Origin: Nitrospirota bacterium | GTDB taxonomy: Bacteria; Nitrospirota; UBA9217 | DNA length: 64,000 nt | Direction of reading: 5' to 3' | Assembly (NCBI GenBank): GCA_963751455.1 | Contig: CAVVUN010000015.1 | Span: 96,001 to 160,000 of the forward strand | Part shown: piece after piece, positions 20,239 to 30,853 of the stretch | Layout: every line of letters begins with the position of its first letter | How positions within the stretch are numbered: position 1 is the first letter of the stretch | The notes under the pieces: generated by a model | What the model was told of the DNA's origin: nothing | The model's database searches: none | The model's input: only the letters and a program-made list of their open reading frames with translations | Translations under genes and position numbers: made by a program

Positions 20239-20277
20239 CAAAAGCCCCTCTAAACAACAGGGGGGCTTTTTCTTTTT
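20239..20277 (+). terminator. Intrinsic terminator after ssrA
   Basis: aaaagcccct-loop-gggggcttttt followed by T-rich tract. Confidence 0.75.
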
Positions 20278-20413
20278 CCGTTGTTCCACCTATCCATGGA
20301 TAGGCTCCTTCTTGACGCAGTCTCATCTCCCTAATACTGCTTGCAAAGAACATAAAGTAAGATATAGCTGACCTGCAGAATATCCCCTGTTTCTTTTCGA
20401 CAGCGGATACGCG

Positions 20414-21511
20414 CTATCTTCCAGAATTCAAACGCAAAATTTGATCAAGAAAAATTGCAGCCGACTTGTTCCAGGAATATCGCTCAACCTGCCTTTTTCC
20501 TTTAACAATCAGCTCTTCTCTCAATGAGCCATTATCGGACAGAGCAACAATTGCATCTGCAAATTCCTTTTCATTATCGGGATTAATATAGAGAACCCCG
20601 TCACCGCAGACTTCTGGAATTGAGGAATAAGGTGTTGTAATTACCGGGCATCCAACATTCATTGCCTCTACGGGAGGCAGACCGAATCCTTCATAATATG
20701 AAGGATAGATCAGTCCCTTTGCATTTCTCATCAATGAGATCATTTCCTGATCGGTTACATAGTCGAGTTCTCGTACAATCCCGAGGGCTACCGCCGGAGC
20801 CGTCATTTTTTTAAATTCTTCACGAATATCCGATTTTACTCCAGTTAAATATAATTTACTGGTAATCTTCTTTTCACGATGAAGTTCCAAAAAGACCTTA
20901 ATTAGCGGGGCGAGCCCTTTGCGTCGATCATACCCGCCCGGGTATAGAAAATAATCTTCAACCCTGCCAATGTCGTATATCGGATCATATTTCTCAGGTA
21001 CCAGGGTGGGTGCGTTGTAAATAACTATGGGTTCTGAATGGACCTTGAAATACTTGATAATGTCTTTTTTTGAATATTCAGAAACGGTAAAAACTATATT
21101 CGAACGGTCTATATCGTTTTGACGCCTTTTTTTGTATCGGTTCAATTTGGCGGAGGTCTTGATTAAATTCGGAACAATCATGGGCAATACATCATGCAAC
21201 GTCATTACTATATTATGGTTGGTATAAATTTTCGGTATCATCCCGTTTGCGGGAAAGTGAACGGGGGAACTGGAATGGGCATTTAAATATACGTTATATA
21301 GAATAAATCGCCATACATTTCTATGCAACTTCGGCTTCCAGGTTACAAGATCAAAATTCTCAGGCAATATGGTCGCTAAGGGTTTCCTCGCAATACCGAC
21401 AAATTTTAAGTCAGGCATCGCCTCCTGGCATGCTTTATAAAGACAAAGAGTTGTCTTTACCATTCCTCTCGGTGCATTTTTAAAATCTTCTGCATCGAAA
21501 ATTATTTTCAT
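20414..21511 (-). CDS. Glycosyltransferase family 4 (GT-B)
   Basis: TLHDV, VSEYSK, RKGL, YPSYYEGFGLPPVEAM; AT-rich. Confidence 0.92.
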   Translation of the reverse strand: MKIIFDAEDFKNAPRGMVKTTLCLYKACQEAMPDLKFVGIARKPLATILPENFDLVTWKPKLHRNVWRFILYNVYLNAHSSSPVHFPANGMIPKIYTNHNIVMTLHDVLPMIVPNLIKTSAKLNRYKKRRQNDIDRSNIVFTVSEYSKKDIIKYFKVHSEPIVIYNAPTLVPEKYDPIYDIGRVEDYFLYPGGYDRRKGLAPLIKVFLELHREKKITSKLYLTGVKSDIREEFKKMTAPAVALGIVRELDYVTDQEMISLMRNAKGLIYPSYYEGFGLPPVEAMNVGCPVITTPYSSIPEVCGDGVLYINPDNEKEFADAIVALSDNGSLREELIVKGKRQVERYSWNKSAAIFLDQILRLNSGR

Positions 21512-21731
21512 TTTACATTAATTCTCCTGGCGCGGGAATTGTGGAGTTTTAGATAATTTCTATCTAGGCGTACCTTGATTGAGCAGAAAGATCTTCATGT
21601 CGTCCAGATTTAATACTAGCCTGAATGTCAGTGAACGTCAACTGAAAGAATGCGTTAAGGATTGAAAGCAGAGAGAAGGCATCGGGCATCGGCCTCGGGG
21701 ACATTGATGTGAGAGCCAGTTTGAGCGCGAT

Positions 21732-21765
21732 AAAAAAGCCCTCCTTTCTTAACAAAAGAGGGCTT
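21732..21765 (-). terminator. Intrinsic terminator downstream of the RHS gene
   Basis: aagccctc/gagggctt stem; the A6 run on + reads as T6 on the minus strand. Confidence 0.7.
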
Positions 21766-21789
21766 CCAAATTTTTATTAACTTGTAATT

Positions 21790-21911
21790 CCCTGTAGCTT
21801 GCTACAGGGTCACCTCGTAGAGGGAAGAGTTTGAGAAACCGCAGGTTGCTCAAATGATCATCGTCTTCCTCTTTATAGATACCCCGTCAGCTTGCTGCGG
21901 GGGTGGTTCAT
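21790..21911 (+). mobile_element. Non-autonomous IS200/IS605-type miniature element
   Basis: Subterminal palindromes ccctgtagc-tt-gctacaggg and accccgtcagcttgctgcggggt; ends ggTTCAT like IS200/IS605 right ends; no transposase. Confidence 0.65.
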
Positions 21912-21917
21912 TAATGA

Positions 21918-24900
21918 TCAATGGTGATCAGATTGATCCACTGCTAAAGAGACAGAAGCTGTGCCATGTAATAATGCAGAATAAGTAACAACACCTGATA
22001 ATGGCATGCTTCCTATAAACCAGGGCCATTTTGACCAACCGTCGGTCAATCCCACCCACCATCTCCCATTTATATTGTGATTCCATATATCATGTAAAAC
22101 AGCTAGGGCATTTTGACCAGGAATGAAATTCGCAAGAAAACTAACAGGACCTCCTTCTTTTAAAGGCCACAGATAAAAAGGTACTCCACTTCCTCTATTT
22201 GAAAATCCCCAATTCATCATTGTGGTCCAGGTTACTGCCTCATCGTTCAGTTTAGGAGAAGCCCCGAGACCTGGAAGTGGATTTGGACCCTGCCCATTGC
22301 AATCATTACAGCCTGGCACATCAGTTAATGAGTTCTGATAAATCAATTCAGCGCCACTACTCAGGGCAGACATATAGAAACCATTCCAGAATTTGCCGCC
22401 CTGCGCGTGAGCAGATGCGCCACCAACAAGACCTGACGCAGCAACCTGTCCTGTATAACCTGCAATACTGTCAGTTTCCCAGTCCATGATATATGAACTT
22501 GCCATAGATGTTCCCCATGAAATTGCTGCAGATTTCAGCATATCATTGAAATGTCCTCCATAAGCGTATGCTTCATACGCACCAATTACTGCTGAACCAG
22601 CGCCATAGTACTCATCTCCTATATAACTAGCAGCTATATGTATCGCAGCATTATAATATCGATTATTGAAGTACTTCGCGTGTTTATTCTGCCTCCTATG
22701 CCCGGTTGGATCCGCATAGTTGACTGGATTGTTCCCCACATAAGAGTATCTGTTAAGTGATTGCGGATTAGTGAAATTAGGTACAATTGTATCCGCGGTG
22801 ATAAATCTACCGAGAACAGGATTATAGTACCGCGCATTGTAGTAGTACAACCCTGTATCTGCATCGAGTTCTTGTGACGTGTACTTGTGCGCCATTGATA
22901 CCGATCCAGTGTCCATACTGGTTGCCCCGAATGGCATGTATTGTATTTCTTCCATTTTATTGCCATTTCCGTTGGTTATCACCCTGTTGCTTCCCAGATG
23001 GTCTTGGTGGTAGTACATGACCTCAGAGCTCACCTTGTTAGCTACAAGGACTCCTCCTGCAAAAATATATTTCGAGCAAATGCCTGCTTTGCACTCGTAG
23101 TGCTTGCCGATATAAATATTTGTCCCGGTTGGTGCGGCCTTTTTTACTCGCTGGCCGTTGTAGTCGTATGTAAAGTTAATTGTCTTTCCATAGGCAGTGA
23201 CGCTCTTAGGCATGTTGTCTTCGTTATATACAATCATGCGGGTGCCGTCCGTGAGCATGTTGCCGTTGGGGTCGTAGTTGTAGGTCTTGCCATCGGGAAG
23301 TGTGGTTCTTACCGCATGAGGCTTGAGGCCGGTCTGGTCGTAGGTGTACGTTAGGCCCTCTTTTGAAGTGATGTTTCCGATTTGATCGTAATCATACGAC
23401 AGCGTTCCGTAGCTCGTGCTCTGGGCCTGCCACAAACGGTTCAGCTCGTCATACAGGAAAGCCTGAGAGCGACTTGAATCTATCGCATCAGTCATGGTTG
23501 AGATGTTGCCTAAATTGTCATATACATACGTCAGGTTCAAAAGCTGAGGCTCCGATGGCTTTCCAACCTGGATTGATTTAAGTCGATTGTTTCCGGGATA
23601 GTACTCAAAGGTTGTGTTAACGCCGTTGCCATAACTTAATATTCGTGCCTGTCCGAGGGGGTTATACTCATAATATTGCGCATAGGGAGTAGCATTGCTA
23701 CCTGTCACCACAGAAAGGACTTCCGCATCGTAAATATACGAAACAATCTCCTGATCTGGATATTTTATACTTGTTACTCTGTCAAGGCTATCGTAGCCGT
23801 ACTCCGTGGTATAGTTCACAGCAGTAATCGTCTTGACGGTCTTTTTTGGCCTTCCTTTAATGTCATAATGGTACACTATCTGGCCGGAACCGTCCGTAAC
23901 CTTTGAAAGCCTGCCCTTGCTGTAAGTGGACGTCGGCAGATCATAGTAATATGTGACCGGGACTGGGGCGAGCTTGTTCGTCACTCTGTTCAGCTTGTCG
24001 TAAATGAAACTGATAGTCTGCCCCTTGGCGTCTTTTTGGGATATTACATTGCCGTTAGCGTCATATTGATAGGTCCAGTTGCCGGCCTCGCCGTCATCCG
24101 TCGCGCTGCTCATGTCGGGATCATGCATAAAGGTTTTCCTGCTGAGTGTGTCATAGCGCATTCGGGTCTCATTCCCTGCGGCATCGGTCACCTTCAAAAG
24201 GTTTCCGAGCACATCGTACTGATAAGTAGTCGTGGCATAAGGGCTCTCTATGCCTGTTGTGCAGTCGTTGAAAGTGCCTAAATATTCTTCGACCTTGGCT
24301 AACCGACCGAGGGTGTCCCTAGTTTCCCGCCTTCGGTGACCGTTTGCATCGATAGATACAGTTACACCGTCATTATAGCAGCCAAGGGTCACCGTTCCAT
24401 CCGGCTCGCTGACCCGAACATTACGGCCAAGGGCATCATAAGTGAATGTTTTCCAGCTAACAATATCGTCGATTCCCTCGAAATAGGGCAGAGAAGTTTG
24501 CAAAACAGTTCCCGTGGCATTATATTTCGTCACGGATCTAATAGTTTTTGTATCAGGACCGGTCTTTTCCACTGCGGCTGTTCTACCCATGCCGTCGAAG
24601 TATGACCAGGAAAAGAGCCCGGTTGATGTGTCTATCCTGACATGCTGCTCCCCGACAATGCCAAAATCAATATACGACCGGTTGATCCATCCTCCATCCG
24701 GCGTTGTGGTTTTTGTTGGACGTCCGAATACATCGTATTGTGACGTGGTCACAGCGCCGTTCGGATCGGTAATTTTCCTTACTTGCCCGTAAAGGCCGTT
24801 ATCCGAAGCAACCCCGTCTATGCCATAGTACTGGGTCAGGGTAGTATGCCCGAGCGGATTTTTCGCAGTCGTGGAAAATGTGTACGAATTGTCGTACATA

Positions 24901-27900
24901 AAGGTTGAAATATTTCCCTTCGGGTCCCGTGTGCAGGCGAGATTTCCGTAGGCGTCGTACGCCATGCGCACTGCCGGGTTCGTTCCTCCATCGAGCCAGC
25001 GTACAATACGAGTGAGATTGCCTTTCGTGGGCGGCTGGTTTTCGGGAGTCATTGCAGCAAACGTGCAGTCCACAGGCTCGTCATAATAGAATGTAGTTTC
25101 AGCCGTTTTGATGGTAGCGGTCGTTCCGCTATATATGGTCTCACTCGCAGGCAGGCTAAGAATCCATTTATCTGTATTCGGGAAATAGGTCCTTTCAACT
25201 CTACGGTCGTCAGTTGCATCGGTCACATCACCATAATGCTCTTCGCGCGTCACGTTGCCGTATGCATCGTAGGCGTAAATGCTCTTTGTCTCTCTGGTAC
25301 AAGCGTCGCCGTCGCAAAGATATGAATGGACCTCCTCCGGCGGATTGAAATAGGGCGTTCCGCTGCCGGCACTATATAGCGTTGTTGTTTTAGAATATTC
25401 CCGGCCTTGTGCATCGGTCAGGCGAGAATAGTAAGGCTTGCCTTTCATATAACCGTCATTGCCGGAAGGGTTGTCTACATAAAGCGATGGGTTTGCTATA
25501 TCGACTGTACCGGTTACATTGCCGCGGTGGAACCATGTCTCTGTTACGAGTTGCTCGCCGTCCGGCCCGGCTGGCCCGGTGACCGTCACGTGATTAAAGC
25601 CACGGAATTCACGTTCGCCGATATGATAGTACCCGCCGGAATAATTATACAGAGTGGTCGATTCTATCCCCATACATAGAGACGTTGTAGAATCATAATT
25701 TTCGCAGTTTTTAATGACGCTGAGCGTCTGTATGGGAAAGGGGAGCTGTGTGTTATTATATTGTGAAGAAGGCTTATATGTTATATTTGTATTCCCACCT
25801 ATACCGTTCAGAATATCTGAGACCATATTTACTGCATTACCTGACCCTACAGCTACAGATAGACTCGTATCTATGTTTATATGACCGACGTCGATTTTAC
25901 CGTCGCCGTTAAAATCTCCAAAATTGTACCTGCTTGCATCACCCCACCCCATGCTCCCCCACGGATAGCGGGCAGTAAATCGAGAACCCTTGGAAAAAAT
26001 AACCGATAACGTGCCGTCATTGATGTTAATGTTGAGCACATCACTCCTGCCATCTCCGTTGAAATCCCCCAATTTTATACGCCATGGGTCACCCCATCCA
26101 ACACCACCCCACTCAGCCGCCGGCTCAAACCCCGTTCCGTTCGATACGGCCACCAACAACGATCCGTTCACCTCGTCGATGTTAATAAATAGCACGTCCG
26201 TTTTGCCATCGCCATTAAAATCGCCCAACATGTGCCGTTCCGGATCGCCCCAGCCAGCATGTCCCCATGGTTGAGACGTTGATGAAGTTGTGAAACCGGT
26301 ACCCGTGGACAGAGCTACTGTCAAGGGACCATTCATTGACGGCTCGTCCAGATTTATGAAGAGCACATCTGTCTTACCATCCCCGTTGAAATCGCCCAGC
26401 ATGTGCCGTTCCGGATCGCCCCAGCCAGCATGCCCCCATGGTTGAGGTGTTGATGAAGTGGTAAAACTGGTCCCTGTCGACAGAGCCACTGTTAACGTGC
26501 CATCCATATTGATGAAGAGCACATCGGTCTTCCCGTCTCCGTTAAAGTCGCCCAGCATATGCCGTATCGGATCGCCCCAGCCGGCATGCCCCCACGGTTG
26601 AGATGTTGACGAAGTGGTAAAATTAGCGCCTGTGGAAAGAGCCACTGTTAAGGGACCATTCATTGACGGCTCATCCAGATTTATAAAGAGCACATCAGTT
26701 TTCCCGTCCCCGTCAAAGTCGCCCAGCATATGCCGTATCGGATCGCCCCAGCCGGCATGCCCCCACGGTTGAGATGTTGACGAAGTGGTAAAATTAGCGC
26801 CTGTGGAAAGAGCCACGGTTAAGGGACCATTCATTGACGGCTCATCCAGATTTATAAAGAGCACATCAGTTTTCCCGTCCCCGTCAAAGTCGCCCAGCAT
26901 ATGCCGTATCGGATCGCCCCAGCCTATTTCTCCCCAAGAGGTGGCCGGATCGAAGGAAGTATTTTCATCTGAATATTTTATGTTGATGGCGGGTAGAGCA
27001 CTGCCTTCGGTAATAGTCCCATTATCAAGAGAGGCATCTTTCCCATATTGCTGCACGGCTGACAGGATAGAGCGTTCGGTCGATGTACTAGGGGAATACG
27101 CTAATTTATACGCCCGGACGCGATTGCCACTGGCAATAACATCTATTGTTTTCAACCTGAAGGCAGTTCTTACCCGAAAATTAACGGTGTACATATCCGG
27201 AGCGTCGGTACGGGATTCAAGATGGAATTTGACGTAATTCGTAGTCGGTGTTCCATCCGTATTGGCTGTATAAGATATTTGATTAAGATAAATTTGTCCT
27301 TCATAAGCATGGCCCTGTACTTCCTTTGCATATGAGAACGTCATATAGTTGCCGTTTGTGTCTTCGACCGTATCCAAGCACCATTTGAAGACTCTGTTCC
27401 CGTTCGAAGGGTCATCTTGTTTAGGCGTAGCAGTTCCATACGCAGTTTTTCCAAAAGTAAACTTTGTTCCTTTTTTATCAAATACCTCCCAGTAATTCGG
27501 GCTGCCGTCTAGATTGACAATTTTCATTACTTTAAAAAAGACCCCCTCTATTTTTGCCCGATATTCGTTTTCGTTTACATTTACCAAATCCATGGTCGCG
27601 CCGGCGACGTTCAAGATATATCCATCAGTTTCGGTGTAAGACAAGCCATGTTTAGCGCTTCGCTCAATGGACCCTACTTCAAGTTCCCATCCGAACCCAA
27701 CCCAACTGTCTCCATTATTGCTTCTATATGTCAATGCAAGACCCGGATCCATGCCTTTTCGGCCGAAGGGCACCTCAATCGGGATCGAGTAAGACATGGT
27801 TCCGGTCGAAAGATCGGGCATAACTGTTCCACTGCCCGCGCCTCCGCTTAATCCAACTTTATATTTTGGTGCAGACTGGCTGCTGCCCGTATCATTGGCA

Positions 27901-27995
27901 AAAGCAGGTCTAAATAAGACTGCGATCAGAGAACACAAGCAGATTGAAAGAAAGACTTTAATCCAATCATTTACGTGAAAGAAAATGCGCCACAT
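21918..27995 (-). CDS. SpvB/TcdB-like, FG-GAP and YD/RHS-repeat protein with RHS core and about 260-aa C-terminal tip
   Basis: GGGGAGG RBS before ATG 27995; signal-peptide-like N-terminus; LALTY...GWEL, GDFNGDGKTD repeats, REFRGF, YD repeats, GLYYYNARYY, NPVNYADPTG. Confidence 0.92.
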   Translation of the reverse strand: MWRIFFHVNDWIKVFLSICLCSLIAVLFRPAFANDTGSSQSAPKYKVGLSGGAGSGTVMPDLSTGTMSYSIPIEVPFGRKGMDPGLALTYRSNNGDSWVGFGWELEVGSIERSAKHGLSYTETDGYILNVAGATMDLVNVNENEYRAKIEGVFFKVMKIVNLDGSPNYWEVFDKKGTKFTFGKTAYGTATPKQDDPSNGNRVFKWCLDTVEDTNGNYMTFSYAKEVQGHAYEGQIYLNQISYTANTDGTPTTNYVKFHLESRTDAPDMYTVNFRVRTAFRLKTIDVIASGNRVRAYKLAYSPSTSTERSILSAVQQYGKDASLDNGTITEGSALPAINIKYSDENTSFDPATSWGEIGWGDPIRHMLGDFDGDGKTDVLFINLDEPSMNGPLTVALSTGANFTTSSTSQPWGHAGWGDPIRHMLGDFDGDGKTDVLFINLDEPSMNGPLTVALSTGANFTTSSTSQPWGHAGWGDPIRHMLGDFNGDGKTDVLFINMDGTLTVALSTGTSFTTSSTPQPWGHAGWGDPERHMLGDFNGDGKTDVLFINLDEPSMNGPLTVALSTGTGFTTSSTSQPWGHAGWGDPERHMLGDFNGDGKTDVLFINIDEVNGSLLVAVSNGTGFEPAAEWGGVGWGDPWRIKLGDFNGDGRSDVLNININDGTLSVIFSKGSRFTARYPWGSMGWGDASRYNFGDFNGDGKIDVGHINIDTSLSVAVGSGNAVNMVSDILNGIGGNTNITYKPSSQYNNTQLPFPIQTLSVIKNCENYDSTTSLCMGIESTTLYNYSGGYYHIGEREFRGFNHVTVTGPAGPDGEQLVTETWFHRGNVTGTVDIANPSLYVDNPSGNDGYMKGKPYYSRLTDAQGREYSKTTTLYSAGSGTPYFNPPEEVHSYLCDGDACTRETKSIYAYDAYGNVTREEHYGDVTDATDDRRVERTYFPNTDKWILSLPASETIYSGTTATIKTAETTFYYDEPVDCTFAAMTPENQPPTKGNLTRIVRWLDGGTNPAVRMAYDAYGNLACTRDPKGNISTFMYDNSYTFSTTAKNPLGHTTLTQYYGIDGVASDNGLYGQVRKITDPNGAVTTSQYDVFGRPTKTTTPDGGWINRSYIDFGIVGEQHVRIDTSTGLFSWSYFDGMGRTAAVEKTGPDTKTIRSVTKYNATGTVLQTSLPYFEGIDDIVSWKTFTYDALGRNVRVSEPDGTVTLGCYNDGVTVSIDANGHRRRETRDTLGRLAKVEEYLGTFNDCTTGIESPYATTTYQYDVLGNLLKVTDAAGNETRMRYDTLSRKTFMHDPDMSSATDDGEAGNWTYQYDANGNVISQKDAKGQTISFIYDKLNRVTNKLAPVPVTYYYDLPTSTYSKGRLSKVTDGSGQIVYHYDIKGRPKKTVKTITAVNYTTEYGYDSLDRVTSIKYPDQEIVSYIYDAEVLSVVTGSNATPYAQYYEYNPLGQARILSYGNGVNTTFEYYPGNNRLKSIQVGKPSEPQLLNLTYVYDNLGNISTMTDAIDSSRSQAFLYDELNRLWQAQSTSYGTLSYDYDQIGNITSKEGLTYTYDQTGLKPHAVRTTLPDGKTYNYDPNGNMLTDGTRMIVYNEDNMPKSVTAYGKTINFTYDYNGQRVKKAAPTGTNIYIGKHYECKAGICSKYIFAGGVLVANKVSSEVMYYHQDHLGSNRVITNGNGNKMEEIQYMPFGATSMDTGSVSMAHKYTSQELDADTGLYYYNARYYNPVLGRFITADTIVPNFTNPQSLNRYSYVGNNPVNYADPTGHRRQNKHAKYFNNRYYNAAIHIAASYIGDEYYGAGSAVIGAYEAYAYGGHFNDMLKSAAISWGTSMASSYIMDWETDSIAGYTGQVAASGLVGGASAHAQGGKFWNGFYMSALSSGAELIYQNSLTDVPGCNDCNGQGPNPLPGLGASPKLNDEAVTWTTMMNWGFSNRGSGVPFYLWPLKEGGPVSFLANFIPGQNALAVLHDIWNHNINGRWWVGLTDGWSKWPWFIGSMPLSGVVTYSALLHGTASVSLAVDQSDHH
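26544..26923 (-). repeat. Near-perfect 171-nt (57-aa) tandem duplication within FG-GAP repeats
   Basis: 26550-26720 and 26721-26891 differ at one base; a third partial copy starts at 26892. Confidence 0.9.
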
Positions 27996-28328
27996 ATTAG
28001 TCCTCCCCAAAAATATAAAGTTGTAAACAAAAGCGAAAATATCGGCGAAAGATAGGAATGGTACCAAGATTGAAAACTTCTAAACTCGGCTAGCTGTTTT
28101 ACCTTGATATGGCAAGAAAGAGATACAAGATACTTTAGTTCGAAAAAAGATAACAAAATAAAAAATGCGTGTCAATGAATATTTATGCATAAATTAATAA
28201 TTGAGTGCAACTATGCGCAACTTACTGCGATTCGTTTATGAATTTTTCGGCTTGACTATATTATTAGTATGTAATACTATTTTCGTAGAAAAAATTCTAA
28301 CGCGCTTCACTGATGCAGGAGGTGCACT

Positions 28329-30716
28329 ATGAATTGCTCAAAATTAACGGCATCGCTGTCTACTCTTGTTCTCGCTGTCTTTTCCTTTACTCTCTATTCA
28401 TGCTCATCTTCTTCATCTTCTACAATCGCGCCCCAATTCTCGAATTCTTCTCTCACGCAGGGAAGCCTCTTCGCCGCTACGTCTAATCCGGGTAAAATCT
28501 ACAGCTATGTCAGCGGCGCCAATTGGGAAGCCGTCTCTGAAGAAATGGGCGCTTCCGTAGATGCAATTGCTTTTTACGGCGGGCAGCTTTACGCCGCTGC
28601 GAGCCTGAACGAGCTTACCGGACCTTCGGTAATATCCCGCTACACGGGGGGCAAGTCATGGGTACCGGTGTCCAATCACGTTACAGCAAAAATTACTTCG
28701 CTGTCGGTCTTCAAGGGGCAGCTCTATGCCGCAGCTATAAATTCCTCTGCTAATAACGGACAGCTTTTCAGGTTCGACAGCGATAAGAACTGGACCCTGG
28801 TTGCCGACTCCAAGGCACTTTCCGACGAGTGGCAGGGTTTTAAAACTCTTTATCCGACAAACGACCATTTATACATAGGCGCTTCCAATACCGACTATCT
28901 AGCCCGTTTCGACGGTACCAGCCTTGAACAAGTGAGCTTTTATTCCGGAGCTGGCATCAAGGCTATGGATGTCTTCCAAAACGAACTTTTTGCAGGAGCA
29001 GCGGATGGTTGGATATATCAGACTACGGACGGGAATACGTTTACTCAGAATCATTCAGGGATATATCCCTCGAACATCTGGTCCATAAAAGCATTTAATG
29101 ACCAGCTTTATATAGGCATGGACAGCTCGGCCGATGGACCCGGCAAGGAACAGCTTTATCGATGGAAGGATGGAAGCCCGGAACTCATTTGGGAAAATGA
29201 GGCGTCCGGCATGGGCGACGGCGTTATTTCTATGACCACAAACGGTGATGTGCTCTATTTCGGCACAGGCATGGCAACAGGTTATTTTGAGCAACCGGGC
29301 AATGGCGTTGTATACGCTTTCGATGGAGAGGCCACGACGGCCATTTCGGGAAGGCTGGGAAACGGAATAAATCAGCTTCTCATAAATGAAATCTCTCTTC
29401 CGACTCTCGAGATCACGAATGCTCTGGCAAGCCCTACGCCAATGCTGGCAGGTGGAACTTTCTTAGCGTACATTACGCTCCGAAATGCCGGAAATGCGGA
29501 TGCATTCTTATATGAGGGTGGTTTTAAGTCGATCTCCGGGCTGCCGGAGGGATGGTATGGGGAATTCATAGATACCGGATCGTACAACGCATCATGGGAA
29601 GCAACAACATTGATACAGGCCGGTGGAACAGCGAGTGTGGTGGTGGCCATAACGGTCCCTTGCGGAATTGCCCCCGGAACCTACTCATTTATACCGAAAC
29701 TGTCATATGGTTTTGGAGACGCAAATGTTGTAATTTCATCCTCACAGGATTATTCTCCGAACGCAATTGAGATCAAAGACATGCTGCAGGATGGCGAGAT
29801 GTCCTTCTATCGGCATGCACAAGGCGCAGTAAGACAAATAAGGGCCTTTGATCGGAACATAGAAAGCGGGGTCATAACAACGGCCATCAACCTGACCTTC
29901 ATCGGTATCGACGGTGTTCAGAAGACTGTGACTCTTTATGCTGCGGGTGGTCGCGCTTACCGTTCTGTCTATGACTACGGCTACGCAGGAGAGGTATATC
30001 ATCAGGATGATTATTATAAGGAAACGACAGCATATGCCTACGCGGAAAAAAGCGAGACGCGATATCAGAGCAAAATCGACGACTACAATTACTATAGCCT
30101 GGTTGACTCCCGGCCGTATTACACCTTTGACTTCTCAGCCATCCCCGGCGGATCTTCAATTGTGAGCGCAGAACTCATGATTTATACAGGGTATGGAGCT
30201 CTTTATGACGGTGATTTCTATGTAGATGTCTACTCGATGGAAAATGATCCCGCATCCGCTTCCGCACAAGCGGTATTTGAGGACACGGGCAACGGCACTC
30301 TTTACATAGACAACATGCGGCTGCAACCGAATTCTACGATCATAATAAGTTTAGGACAGGACTTCCTGTCGAAATTTGGAAATATAGCCAGCGGCGCATC
30401 TTCGATCGGCATAAAGCTTGACAAAGCAGCCAGCTCCACTGACACCTACGAAGACGATAACGCTTACTATCACTATACATATTCGAGCAGTTCCATCTTC
30501 ACAAGTTATGGAACGAATCCTGCTGTAACAACTGATACCATTCAATACACAAGCCCGGAAGAGGCATTGCACATTATGCTGAATTGGTACCTTGAGGGCA
30601 GAACTACCGAGGCCGGTGAGCTCGCTAATTACATCAACGAAAAATATTATTCCATCGGGTTCTGGGGTTTAGCTCCAGGTCGGGATGAGTGTAGCGAAGG
30701 CAATGGTATAAATTGA
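28329..30716 (+). CDS. Large putative lipoprotein: beta-propeller-like N-half, Ig-like middle, DNRLRE-like C-terminal region
   Basis: GGAGGT RBS; lipobox-like LYSC followed by a Ser linker; repeated (F/Y)xGxLYxG blades; YYTFDFSAIPGGSSIVSAEL. Confidence 0.65.
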   Translation: MNCSKLTASLSTLVLAVFSFTLYSCSSSSSSTIAPQFSNSSLTQGSLFAATSNPGKIYSYVSGANWEAVSEEMGASVDAIAFYGGQLYAAASLNELTGPSVISRYTGGKSWVPVSNHVTAKITSLSVFKGQLYAAAINSSANNGQLFRFDSDKNWTLVADSKALSDEWQGFKTLYPTNDHLYIGASNTDYLARFDGTSLEQVSFYSGAGIKAMDVFQNELFAGAADGWIYQTTDGNTFTQNHSGIYPSNIWSIKAFNDQLYIGMDSSADGPGKEQLYRWKDGSPELIWENEASGMGDGVISMTTNGDVLYFGTGMATGYFEQPGNGVVYAFDGEATTAISGRLGNGINQLLINEISLPTLEITNALASPTPMLAGGTFLAYITLRNAGNADAFLYEGGFKSISGLPEGWYGEFIDTGSYNASWEATTLIQAGGTASVVVAITVPCGIAPGTYSFIPKLSYGFGDANVVISSSQDYSPNAIEIKDMLQDGEMSFYRHAQGAVRQIRAFDRNIESGVITTAINLTFIGIDGVQKTVTLYAAGGRAYRSVYDYGYAGEVYHQDDYYKETTAYAYAEKSETRYQSKIDDYNYYSLVDSRPYYTFDFSAIPGGSSIVSAELMIYTGYGALYDGDFYVDVYSMENDPASASAQAVFEDTGNGTLYIDNMRLQPNSTIIISLGQDFLSKFGNIASGASSIGIKLDKAASSTDTYEDDNAYYHYTYSSSSIFTSYGTNPAVTTDTIQYTSPEEALHIMLNWYLEGRTTEAGELANYINEKYYSIGFWGLAPGRDECSEGNGIN

Positions 30717-30853
30717 GGGCAACGGTTCGGTTGATGATTTTTCCGAAACGAAAAAACAGTAAGAGGTTCCATCTGGTCGAATCGGGTCCGTAAAAAGCGC
30801 AATCGATTTCATACCTATCTCGCATATTAAACGTCGTCATTTCTTTATTCACC

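Noticed and set aside
21564-21755. 63-aa ORF as RHS immunity protein
   Set aside because: Its start overlaps the terminator hairpin, it has no RBS, and it has no protein-like features.
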